A stretch of 64,000 nt of DNA from a virus (taxonomy: Duplodnaviria > Caudoviricetes): the IMG/VR virus record IMGVR_UViG_3300005686_000008; one strand, written 5' to 3'. Under the pieces are notes generated by a model, which saw nothing but the letters and a program-made list of their open reading frames with translations, was not told the DNA's origin and did not search any database. The translations under genes and the position numbers were made by a program. This document shows, one piece after another, positions 55,357-63,918 of the stretch. Position 1 is the first letter of the stretch, and every line of letters starts with the position of its first letter.

Positions 55357-56400
55357 ATGAGTAGAGTTATAGGGTGTGATCCCGGAACGATGTTTTTTCA
55401 GGTTGCTGAAATGGTTGATGGGATCGTAAAGGTAAAAAATACGAGAAATGCGTTTGTTGAGCTTCCAAAGGGCGATGACGTTGAAGATGTCCTTAGAGGT
55501 AATAATTGGCAATTCGTAAAAGACAACGACACTTATTATGTTGTTGGAGATGATTGCATAAAGGTTGCTAATATTTTCCCCGGCAAGGTTGAAGTTCGTA
55601 GACCTATGGCTGATGGAGTTTTGAATAAAAACGAGGATAAGAAACTTGTTGTTCTTGCGGAAATTATCAAGGCTTCTGTTGGTCAGGCTCCAGACGATGC
55701 TTCGTGGGTATGTATTTGCGTAAGCTCGGAGTCCGTTGACAGCTCGGTTGATTCATCTTTCCATAAAAATAGACTTTCGGCGTTGTTTGAAAGACTTGGA
55801 TGGAATGTAAAGGTTATCGAGGAAGGTCACGCCGTTGTTCTAAGCGAAAGGCCAACTATTACAGAAGAAGATGGCACGGTTGTTCCATATTCCGGCATTG
55901 GCGTTAGTTTTGGGGCTGGAAGAGTAAACTGTCTTTTGGCCTATAAAGGTCTTCCTGTTATAGGAATGAGCGTTGCTCGTAGCGGAGATTGGATTGATAA
56001 GCAAGTTTCCGACCAGACAGGTGTTGCTATTTCTCAAGTAATATCCGCCAAAGAAAAGAAGCTCGATTTTACCAATCTTGATGAAAATGATGATATTGTT
56101 TTTGCTTTAGATACCTACTATGATGCCATGATTGAGCATGTATTTAAGCATTTTGGCAAGAAATTCCAAGAAGTTAAGAGTCAGTTTACTCAACCCCTTG
56201 ATATTATTGTTGCTGGTGGAACTAGTATGCCAAAGGGTTTTTGCGAAAAATTAGATAAGATAGTAAGGGGAATGAATCTTCCTTTTGCGATCAAAGATGT
56301 AAGACTTGCGAAGAGTCCTAGAAACGCCGTAGTAGAAGGTTTGCTCACTCAAGCCATGATTACGCAAAAGAAGGAGAATGCAAACAGAGTAATGGGGTAA
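55357..56400 (+). CDS. actin-fold ATPase (volactin/MreB/ParM superfamily)
   Basis: Phosphate-1 G.DPGT, connect EG.AV, phosphate-2 G.SFGAG..N, ARSGDWID, adenosine IIVAGGTS.P.GF and P..AV..GLL. Confidence 0.88.
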   Translation: MSRVIGCDPGTMFFQVAEMVDGIVKVKNTRNAFVELPKGDDVEDVLRGNNWQFVKDNDTYYVVGDDCIKVANIFPGKVEVRRPMADGVLNKNEDKKLVVLAEIIKASVGQAPDDASWVCICVSSESVDSSVDSSFHKNRLSALFERLGWNVKVIEEGHAVVLSERPTITEEDGTVVPYSGIGVSFGAGRVNCLLAYKGLPVIGMSVARSGDWIDKQVSDQTGVAISQVISAKEKKLDFTNLDENDDIVFALDTYYDAMIEHVFKHFGKKFQEVKSQFTQPLDIIVAGGTSMPKGFCEKLDKIVRGMNLPFAIKDVRLAKSPRNAVVEGLLTQAMITQKKENANRVMG

Positions 56401-56404
56401 GTAA

Positions 56405-57127
56405 ATGGCATATGCAACAGCACAACAGGTCTACGAGATTTTAGCTCAAGCTCTTACAACTGCAACAAGCCCTGTTGTTAATGGGCAGCCTGTCCCTCTT
56501 TGGCGTTTTGGTAAAGAAAGAAGTAGTAACGTTATATCTGATGATACAGTAAATCAGTATATCGTTTGGGCTAGCGACCAGATAGATGCCTCTATAAGCG
56601 AGCTGTATGTTACTCCGTTAGAAGAAAAAACAGATTTAGAACTTAGGTTGATTGCGGATATAGATGCTTATAATAATGATGTTCAGGTTGATAAGCCGGG
56701 ACCGATAAGCGCTGGCGATATTCTTGTGTTTATAGACTCTCTTACAGAAGAGAGGGCAATTGTTTCTTCTGTATCAGGATATGTTATTATTTTGGATACA
56801 GCTCTTTATGGAATCTATATGGCAGAAACAACAAGAGTTTTGAGAGTAAAGTTTCCTCCAACTATCAATCTAATTTGCGCTCGCCTTGCTGCTGCTAACT
56901 TGTACGATAAGTTTTTTGCATCGCAAGCTAATCCCAATATTTCTGATTATGGCAAAAATCTTCGAAAGTGGGCTTTATCTGATTTGAATTCAATCTTGCA
57001 GGGTATCATAATACTGCATGGTCAAAAGAGAATTGGTCATCGTTTCTTCAATCCAACGCTTAGAGATAGGTATGGATTACCTGGTCTTGAAGGCGGAGAT
57101 AGAGAGATGAAGGGCGGTGACGCATGA
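56405..57127 (+). CDS. head-tail connector (Mu gp36/DUF1320-like) with an inserted beta domain
   Basis: MAYAT...V, I..AS..IDA.I...Y.TPL, P..I..ICA.LAA..LY and A...L..I..G.I.L. Confidence 0.7.
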   Translation: MAYATAQQVYEILAQALTTATSPVVNGQPVPLWRFGKERSSNVISDDTVNQYIVWASDQIDASISELYVTPLEEKTDLELRLIADIDAYNNDVQVDKPGPISAGDILVFIDSLTEERAIVSSVSGYVIILDTALYGIYMAETTRVLRVKFPPTINLICARLAAANLYDKFFASQANPNISDYGKNLRKWALSDLNSILQGIIILHGQKRIGHRFFNPTLRDRYGLPGLEGGDREMKGGDA

Positions 57128-57393
57128 GCGAGGATTCTAAGCAGTTTTCTGAACAGATAAGCGATTTTGCTAAATCTGTTTCAAATATCTCAAGCAAAAC
57201 AAAGATAACTGATGTTGGTTTGAAAATGGAATCAATAGTATCTCCAGATAAAGAATCTGCCATAAAGAGATATGATTATGAACAGTATATGAAAACGTCT
57301 GATATTGAAGTCAATCTTGAAAATGAAGAAGAAATAGATAAGAAAATCGAAGATGTTGTTAATGAATTTCTTGATGATTTGTTTGGTAGGTAA
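57124..57393 (+). CDS. small acidic hypothetical protein (head-tail region)
   Basis: 89 aa, ATGA-coupled. Confidence 0.55.
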   Translation: MSEDSKQFSEQISDFAKSVSNISSKTKITDVGLKMESIVSPDKESAIKRYDYEQYMKTSDIEVNLENEEEIDKKIEDVVNEFLDDLFGR

Positions 57394-57398
57394 CTATA

Positions 57399-58304
57399 AT
57401 GATAGATATTCTTGAAAGCGTCAGGAGAACCATATACCGTTGGGTAAACACTAATGTTGCCCTTACGGAAGATGCTCCATATAATACCACAACTCTTAAA
57501 GTCACTTCTTCGATTAGATTCAAGGCTGGCGATGAGGTTGCTCTTCACAATGGAGTTGATGGAGAGCCTGGTCTTAGAATATATGAAGTTCCAGATAACA
57601 ATACGATTATTCTTGAAACTCCTATACAGGTTATTACTGGATGGAGAGTTTCGAATAACGCTATGCTTACAAAGACTTATAATGGACAGTTTATGCAGGC
57701 AATTTATATTGGAGAGCCAGATGTTATTCCAATGTATCCTGCCATAACCATTCTTGGACAAAAAAGGTCTTCGGAATGGTTTACTCTTGGTACTACCAAA
57801 GAGAGATATTCTCTTCAAATTGCCATTTATTCTGCTGCTGATAATCATGAAGATTCATATAGAACCGTTATGCAGCTTGCTGATATTATTCAGCTTGGTT
57901 TGAAAAAGAACATCTTCCCTCTTGTGGGACAATACGAAACAACAACCATTACGGCTGACATAGCCGCAGAAGATACTTTTATTAAGGTTGCTGATTCTTC
58001 AATATTCCAATGCGAGGATAAGATAGTTGTTGAGAATATATATCAGGCGGAAGAACTTAGGGTTGCGGCAATTCCAGATTCAACAACTATACAAGTATTT
58101 CCAAATCCTCACTTCCCTTACCTTGTAAGCGAACAAACAAAGGTTATCAGATTGACTAGGTTTATTTACAATTCATGGCCTAGCGATATTGAATATGGTT
58201 TTAAGTACAAGGGAACTCTATTGCATGCTGCAAGTATTTCATGGTTTGCTGAAGAGCAAGAAATACAGACTCGTCATGGATGGTCAGACCCTCAGTTGTC
58301 GTAA
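57399..58304 (+). CDS. putative tail completion/terminator protein
   Basis: IY.GEP..IP.YPAI.I....R..EW......E.Y...I..Y pattern with two inserted beta modules; position between connector and tube. Confidence 0.55.
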   Translation: MIDILESVRRTIYRWVNTNVALTEDAPYNTTTLKVTSSIRFKAGDEVALHNGVDGEPGLRIYEVPDNNTIILETPIQVITGWRVSNNAMLTKTYNGQFMQAIYIGEPDVIPMYPAITILGQKRSSEWFTLGTTKERYSLQIAIYSAADNHEDSYRTVMQLADIIQLGLKKNIFPLVGQYETTTITADIAAEDTFIKVADSSIFQCEDKIVVENIYQAEELRVAAIPDSTTIQVFPNPHFPYLVSEQTKVIRLTRFIYNSWPSDIEYGFKYKGTLLHAASISWFAEEQEIQTRHGWSDPQLS

Positions 58305-58307
58305 TAT

Positions 58308-58607
58308 ATGTGGTACAAGCAAGCAAATCATCCTTATTTTGATATAGGTCATAAGCCTTCAAAAGGTAAACCTATTACGTTGTGGTGGTGGGATGGTAGG
58401 CTTTGGACTAGAGATACGGAAGACCCCAGGTTTGGTCATTCTGAAGTTGTTTCTCCTTCTATTTACAATGCAAATCTATGTAGAGGCAGATATGACCCAT
58501 CTACTAATATGGTAAGTATAATGGCTTTGGGCGGTATTCCAGAAGGATGCGTTGATGCCATTAAGAAGCAATGGCCTTCTGCTCAGATTAAGTTATTTCG
58601 CAAATAA
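58308..58607 (+). CDS. small hypothetical protein with an N-terminal MWYKQA motif
   Basis: 99 aa; Y.DIGH...LW.W and RGRYD motifs. Confidence 0.6.
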   Translation: MWYKQANHPYFDIGHKPSKGKPITLWWWDGRLWTRDTEDPRFGHSEVVSPSIYNANLCRGRYDPSTNMVSIMALGGIPEGCVDAIKKQWPSAQIKLFRK

Positions 58608-58655
58608 GTCGATATCTCCTAATGAGTCAAGTCAGACTCAAAAGGAGATGTTCCT

Positions 58656-59114
58656 ATGGAAAAAATAGAATCTGGTAGAAGGTGCGGCAAGTTATATTCT
58701 TGCCTTGTTTCTTTAATAGAGCTTTTGCAAGACAGAAGAAAAGAAATTGATTCGGTATCGCATTGTTTGCCTAGACTGAAATATGCAAAAGAGTTTGGAA
58801 CGATCAAACTTTGTACAGCAAGAGGATGCGGTCATACTTCTGCTTTGGCGAAAATTATTGAGGAAAAGTTTGATAAGGCTATTGTAGTCTTTCATACTCT
58901 CAAGATTTCTGCGATATTTCAGAAACAGTATCCAAATATAAAAAACAAGATTACCATCATTACTCCTGAAACTTTTGACAAGTTATGGGGTCATGCTGAT
59001 GTAGATGTTGTTATTGTTGATTGTTGTTCTTTGCTGTCGCAATCAAAGATAGATGAGTTATATGACATAACGGCGTATGCGATGAAGAACCCTATGTATA
59101 TACTTATGGAGTAA
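58656..59114 (+). CDS. small degenerate P-loop NTPase-like protein
   Basis: ARGCGHT (Walker A-like, K>H) and VVIVD (Walker B-like); AAGGAG RBS. Confidence 0.5.
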   Translation: MEKIESGRRCGKLYSCLVSLIELLQDRRKEIDSVSHCLPRLKYAKEFGTIKLCTARGCGHTSALAKIIEEKFDKAIVVFHTLKISAIFQKQYPNIKNKITIITPETFDKLWGHADVDVVIVDCCSLLSQSKIDELYDITAYAMKNPMYILME

Positions 59115-59117
59115 AAA

Positions 59118-60281
59118 ATGAAAATATTGACTATTGGAGCATCTCCTTATTTGCTTGTTCGTAATGGCAAAATGAATGCGGATGTTATTGAGAGATTTAT
59201 TTCTGAAGGACACCAGGTTTCTTCTGCTGTTTGGCATCATGATGAAGGCTATTTCATGCCATCTGATGAGGGAGTTCATGCGTATGAGAAAGATGGTAGA
59301 ACTATTTGTCAACTATACCCCTTTACTCCTAAAACAGAAGAGGCTTCTCCGTTTATCTATGAGCTTATGAAAAGAATACAGCCAGATTTGGTTGTTACTA
59401 TAGGAGACCATAAGGATACAAACTTTATCTATGCGATTAAGGCAATGTATCCAACCCTGTTTAAGTGGATAGCTATATATACTTTTGATTCTAAGGGATT
59501 GTCTCCGTCCTTGAAGGATGCTTTTGAATATGCTGACTGTTCTTTGGTTACGAGCGATTTTGGTGCAGAAGAAATCTTGGCTGTTGCTAATGTAAAATGC
59601 ATTTGTAATCCATATGGAGTAAATCATCAAATCTTTAACTATATTGATGGATTTGATAGGGATACGGTTTTGTGTTCGGCAAGGAACGCTCAAGCAAGTA
59701 ATTTGCCAGCATTCATAATGGCTATGGCCGGAACTGGGATAAAATCCTATTTGCATACCAATTTATACGATCCGGGCGATTACAACATAGATTTACTCAA
59801 AGAGAGGTACAAAGCGGATAATTTAGAGTATACGAGCGATTATTGCTCTATAAAAGACGGCATCCCTTCCTCCAAATTGAATGAGATTTATAACAAGTCA
59901 GCAGTTATTGTTGATTGTTCAATTAAATCAGCCACAGGGCTTTCGTTATTGGAAGGAATGGCTTGCGGATGTGTTCCTGTTGGCCCTAATTATGGTAGAG
60001 TTGGAGAAATAATTTCGCAAATGCCGGAAGGACTTAAGTTCACAGTTTCGTATAATACATTTATAGGGCAAAATGAAGAAGAATTTGCCATAATTTCTCC
60101 TACCGAACTTCGTTCTATAGTTTATGATGTAATGAGCGATAAGGGTAGGCTTAAAGAAGCATCTGAGGCAGCAAAGCAGTTGGCCGTAATCTATTCTAGT
60201 AACAGATTTTTAGACAATCTTATGGCTGCTGTAAAAGAAACTGCTTCTTCTAAGCAATGTATGGTTTTGGATTCTGTATGA
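59118..60281 (+). CDS. GT4-like (GT-B) glycosyltransferase
   Basis: MKIL.I, ..PD.V.T.GD, PYGVN...F, ARN....N.P and LNEIYN...V.V..S..ATGLSLLEGMACG..PV. The first Glu of E-x7-E is absent. Confidence 0.8.
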   Translation: MKILTIGASPYLLVRNGKMNADVIERFISEGHQVSSAVWHHDEGYFMPSDEGVHAYEKDGRTICQLYPFTPKTEEASPFIYELMKRIQPDLVVTIGDHKDTNFIYAIKAMYPTLFKWIAIYTFDSKGLSPSLKDAFEYADCSLVTSDFGAEEILAVANVKCICNPYGVNHQIFNYIDGFDRDTVLCSARNAQASNLPAFIMAMAGTGIKSYLHTNLYDPGDYNIDLLKERYKADNLEYTSDYCSIKDGIPSSKLNEIYNKSAVIVDCSIKSATGLSLLEGMACGCVPVGPNYGRVGEIISQMPEGLKFTVSYNTFIGQNEEEFAIISPTELRSIVYDVMSDKGRLKEASEAAKQLAVIYSSNRFLDNLMAAVKETASSKQCMVLDSV

Positions 60282-60300
60282 ATTAGTTCCTCCAATTAGA

Positions 60301-60325
60301 AGGATTTTCGATAGGCTTTTAGAAA
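60301..60325 (+). promoter_or_regulatory. sigmaH-like promoter AGGA-N17-GAAA upstream of the tail genes
   Basis: Intergenic; recurring motif. Confidence 0.5.
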
Positions 60326-60416
60326 AAAAGAGGAGACTCTGTATTTTATGTGAATAAGATATAGAGTGCGGGACTTGCTTATCGGGGACCAAGCTTAGAA
60401 AGAGGAGTTAACACAA

Positions 60417-60860
60417 ATGGCATCTAACAATGTTATATCAGGAATAGATTATCTGGCTATCGCAACATACTATTCCGATTCAAGGGCTAATAACCTCGGC
60501 TCTGTTACTTATCTATATGATGCGGTATACAAAATCGTTCTGTCAGACAATGTTTACCCAACAATTGATCTTGTAAATGAATTCTGGACAAGTTATCTTG
60601 TCAATACTGACATTTATCGCTCTCCAACTACATATTTGAGCGCTGTAAGATCAATAAACAATCACGTTGTAAACAGAGCTGGAAACGATCAATGGGGTAA
60701 TGCGATTACGGACATAAACGACTACCTTATAGATCAGAATATTACGGTCCCGCTTGGGTGGGCAGATCTTTGCAAGATAACAGGGGTTCTTATTTGTAGA
60801 GACAATATTACTGGTAGTCCTGCGACATATACTGATGGTACAGCAACCCCAGCATGCTAA
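60417..60860 (+). CDS. hypothetical tail-associated protein
   Basis: 147 aa with AGGAG RBS, immediately upstream of the tail tube gene. Confidence 0.6.
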   Translation: MASNNVISGIDYLAIATYYSDSRANNLGSVTYLYDAVYKIVLSDNVYPTIDLVNEFWTSYLVNTDIYRSPTTYLSAVRSINNHVVNRAGNDQWGNAITDINDYLIDQNITVPLGWADLCKITGVLICRDNITGSPATYTDGTATPAC

Positions 60861-60893
60861 TGGCGGCGTTCACTTAAGTTAGGAGTTACAAAA

Positions 60894-61952
60894 ATGCCTA
60901 TTCCGACAGCACAAATGGGATTTGTTGGTTCCGTAAGATTCAGCGGTGGGTCTATCGGTCAAGAAATCTTTGTAAGGGCTAAGTCCTGCGATATCAGAGC
61001 AAAGCAAGAAATTACATATCCAGACGTAGTTGATGGTCGTATTGATAGAACCCTCTACCAAGTTGGTCCCCGCATGGTTGATGGTTCTTGCGATTTTCCT
61101 CTTGTTCATGAAGGTATTCAGAATGGAACAGCAAAGGATTGCGGAGAGCCAACCGCAACATGCCAGACAAACCTAGCAAATCGTTTGTGGAGAATTGCTT
61201 CTCAAAGAGACTCGGTTGGTAGACTTATAAATCAGTTCAATGTTGATGTTCGCTATACCGATAATACCGCTTTTCGTTATCCTAACTGTATCATAAATAC
61301 AATGAGAATTAACGTTACGCAAGCAGATATTGTAAATATGAACTTTGGAGTTATAGGCGGAGCCAATGTAACTGATAACGTAAGAGAAGCTTTGACAACC
61401 GAAAGAGATCCAACTTTCCTTTCTCCTGCTCGTATTGTAACATGGAATGACTTTAGAATCAATATATTTGCTAGAGAAGAGTCTATTGTTGTTCCGGGTT
61501 CGTTTATTCGTTCGTTTGAAGTTACCCTAAACAACAATGCAGACCGTTTCTACACCTTGAATGGAAAACTTGTTCCTCAAGACATTACTGCTCGTAAGAG
61601 AACAATTGAGGGTAGTGTTGCTTTTATGGGTTTCGCAAATAAGCAGTTCCATGACTTTGTATATAATAACCAGAATCGCTTTACTTCTCAAACAAAGATT
61701 CAGTTTGGATACACTTTGGGCAGTTCCATTGTTCCTTATTGGGCAACGGCTCTTTGGGGAGTTATTTTCCAGATTGAAGAAGTCGCAATTTCTAATGACC
61801 TCATTGAAACTAGAATGCCGTTTAGCGCTCTTGGCGATTGCGAAAACGATTATGAGGCTATTGAAATCGGAGCTTGCAATACTTCTGTTGATAATTCTTC
61901 TAATACATTCGGAGGGCCAACGGCTCCTGGATATTTCTCGCCTCTTTCCTAA
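60894..61952 (+). CDS. putative major tail tube protein
   Basis: Y..C.I.....V....V...F and I.SFE.TL.NN....YTL.....PQDI...KR.I.G.V; followed by frameshifting chaperone genes. Confidence 0.72.
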   Translation: MPIPTAQMGFVGSVRFSGGSIGQEIFVRAKSCDIRAKQEITYPDVVDGRIDRTLYQVGPRMVDGSCDFPLVHEGIQNGTAKDCGEPTATCQTNLANRLWRIASQRDSVGRLINQFNVDVRYTDNTAFRYPNCIINTMRINVTQADIVNMNFGVIGGANVTDNVREALTTERDPTFLSPARIVTWNDFRINIFAREESIVVPGSFIRSFEVTLNNNADRFYTLNGKLVPQDITARKRTIEGSVAFMGFANKQFHDFVYNNQNRFTSQTKIQFGYTLGSSIVPYWATALWGVIFQIEEVAISNDLIETRMPFSALGDCENDYEAIEIGACNTSVDNSSNTFGGPTAPGYFSPLS

Positions 61953-61991
61953 GTGAAAGATTTGCATAAATGACGATATGTTCATAGGGCA

Positions 61992-62016
61992 ATGCCTTCG
62001 TTACAAACGAGGGCAT
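61992..62016 (+). promoter_or_regulatory. stem-loop between tail tube and chaperone genes
   Basis: atgccttcgtt-aca-aacgagggcat (11 bp); no strong U-tract. Confidence 0.6.
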
Positions 62017-62041
62017 GTTCTGTTGTCGCTAAGGAGGAATC

Positions 62042-62488
62042 ATGGCAAAGTCGTTAATTGTAGAAGAAGGGGAAAATCTCATACATATTCCTTTATACTA
62101 TCAAGCAAAAAAGAATAAGTACGGAGTTCTTCAGTATAAAATACTGTCAGACGAGGAAGGTAAGAAGCTTGTTGAGAAAAAAGATGAAAGCGTTGATATT
62201 CTAAATACTAAATGGATAAGTCCAACGTGGAAGTCTAATAATACAATTGTAAGATCATCTACTTATTATAATCCATCTGACGGTACAAATAGAATAGATT
62301 GGTCAAAGTATCAAGACAATGTTTTTAGAAACTGTTTGAGAGAATGGGATGTTGTTGATGGAGAAGGAAAGCCCATTCCGGTTAATTCTGATACAATAGG
62401 ATCTCTGCCTTCTATTATCGCAAGCGCATTGCTTGAGAAGTACGATAAGAGTATTTCGATAGACGAGGACGAGAAAAAAAAATCATAA
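62042..62488 (+). CDS. tail assembly chaperone (lambda G-like)
   Basis: CL.EWD.VD.EG.PIP...D.I..LP..I...L......S..EDEKK; ends on an A9 slippery run. Confidence 0.8.
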   Translation: MAKSLIVEEGENLIHIPLYYQAKKNKYGVLQYKILSDEEGKKLVEKKDESVDILNTKWISPTWKSNNTIVRSSTYYNPSDGTNRIDWSKYQDNVFRNCLREWDVVDGEGKPIPVNSDTIGSLPSIIASALLEKYDKSISIDEDEKKKS

Positions 62489-62715
62489 CTGATGCGGCAA
62501 ACTTGCTTAGCGGCAAAGATATAGATGAAAGTCTGCACGAATCGATCAAAGAACATTTGCTTGCATCAGAATATGGATGGTCTCTTGAATATATTAGGTC
62601 TTTGGATATTCGAGACATGAAAATTCACACAATGGTGTGTTTGATGAAAAAGAAAATAGAACAAAAACAGATGGAATCATTTGCAGGACTAAATGCGATA
62701 AGGAGAATGGTATGA
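62474..62715 (+). CDS. -1 frameshift extension of the chaperone (lambda GT-like)
   Basis: A9 at 62474-62482. The -1 frame reads KKIITDAANLLSGK...LASEYGWSLEYIRSL...* and has no good own start. Confidence 0.78.
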
Positions 62716-63116
62716 GTATTTTTGTTGGTAAAGACGAAGAAATTGTTGTTGAAGTATATACTATCGAGGTCAATGGCATTCATTTTTGTTGGACAAAAAA
62801 TGGTAAGGGGACTAAACCGGATGGAGTAACAGAAACCTCTGATGGTGTAAAGTCATACAAAGTGTTTTTCAGAATTCCAACATATCGAGATACGATAGAT
62901 TTTGTAGATACTGGTATACAGTTTTCCCCTAATGGAGATTTCAAGGTTTCTTCAGGAGCTGTATCGTTTTATAGGTTTGTAAAGCTATTGAAGTCTTGGA
63001 CCTTTGAAGATGCTCAGGGAGAGCCTATTCCTGCTAATCAAGAAATGGTTTCGTTGCTAAATCCTAAGCTTGCTCAATGTATAAATGCTGACCTTGAAGA
63101 GCAGTTACCTCAGTAA
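62712..63116 (+). CDS. second tail-assembly-chaperone-like protein (paralogue of 62042)
   Basis: ATGA-coupled; LLKSWTFEDAQGEPIPANQEMVSLL versus CLREWDVVDGEGKPIPVNSDTIGSL. Confidence 0.7.
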   Translation: MSIFVGKDEEIVVEVYTIEVNGIHFCWTKNGKGTKPDGVTETSDGVKSYKVFFRIPTYRDTIDFVDTGIQFSPNGDFKVSSGAVSFYRFVKLLKSWTFEDAQGEPIPANQEMVSLLNPKLAQCINADLEEQLPQ

Positions 63117-63197
63117 GTTAGGTAAGCGTTTGCATCCAAGACTTTTGTGCTGGCTAAACTTTCTTGTAACTTCTGCATAGAGTAGATGGATTAGGAG

Positions 63198-63821
63198 ATG
63201 AAAATGCTCTACGAAACAGAAGGTTTAGAGAGAAAAGCATTAGGGCTATCTGGCCGAGTTTTTCCTTCGCCTCTCAATTTCCTGTTGGTTGTATTGAGGA
63301 TTGAGTTGTGGCTTTTTGTTTTTGGCATTATTGTTTGTGTTGCCAAGGGTCTTCTTTGGGGATTGTGGGATGGACATGGATTTTTGGCTTCATTGAACAG
63401 CGGTTTGTTACCGTTGGTGATTCCAACAGGTATATTGGTTATTTACTTTATTTTCATATGCCTTATGCCTGAGGTTTTGAGACTTATTCTTACAATCCCA
63501 ATACTAACGTACATGCTTCATTTTGTTTTCTTTTTTGGAATACCTGAATCTGGTCATTTTAGCGGAAATGAACAAAAGATTGGTATTGTGGAATCTTCTC
63601 GTTCAGCGGCTATTGAAACTAGGGATTTGTATAATAAGGCGATTGATAATCCGAACGGTCCAGAGGCGGAAATCGTTGCTAGGTGGAAGTCTTATAATCC
63701 CGGGAAAACATACGAATCTTACATTGTTGAACTTGAACAAAAGGCTAATAAAGAGGCCGAACAAGCCAAAAAAATCGAAGAGAGTCATGGCCTGTTTTTT
63801 AGGTTCTTATTTAGGGATTAG
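63198..63821 (+). CDS. membrane protein (about 3 TM helices plus a C-terminal coiled-coil)
   Basis: Long hydrophobic stretches at residues ~28-115; AGGAG RBS; own terminator. Confidence 0.7.
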   Translation: MKMLYETEGLERKALGLSGRVFPSPLNFLLVVLRIELWLFVFGIIVCVAKGLLWGLWDGHGFLASLNSGLLPLVIPTGILVIYFIFICLMPEVLRLILTIPILTYMLHFVFFFGIPESGHFSGNEQKIGIVESSRSAAIETRDLYNKAIDNPNGPEAEIVARWKSYNPGKTYESYIVELEQKANKEAEQAKKIEESHGLFFRFLFRD

Positions 63822-63850
63822 TTTTCTAGAATAGAATATGGCATTTTGAG

Positions 63851-63884
63851 ACCGTACAATTCAAGGATTGTACGGTTTTTTCTT
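63851..63884 (+). terminator. intrinsic terminator
   Basis: accgtacaat-tcaagg-attgtacggt followed by tttttctt. Confidence 0.85.
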
Positions 63885-63918
63885 GTAATAAGTGTTTATC
63901 ATAGGACGATAAACACTT

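Noticed and set aside
55357-56400. Archaeal host inferred from the volactin-like actin
   Set aside because: One gene is insufficient. Sigma-type promoter motifs, intrinsic terminators and PhoH point to bacteria; the host remains undetermined.
63864-63890. Additional AGGA-type promoter
   Set aside because: The AGGA falls in the loop/stem of the terminator hairpin, and the spacing to a GAAT is not met.
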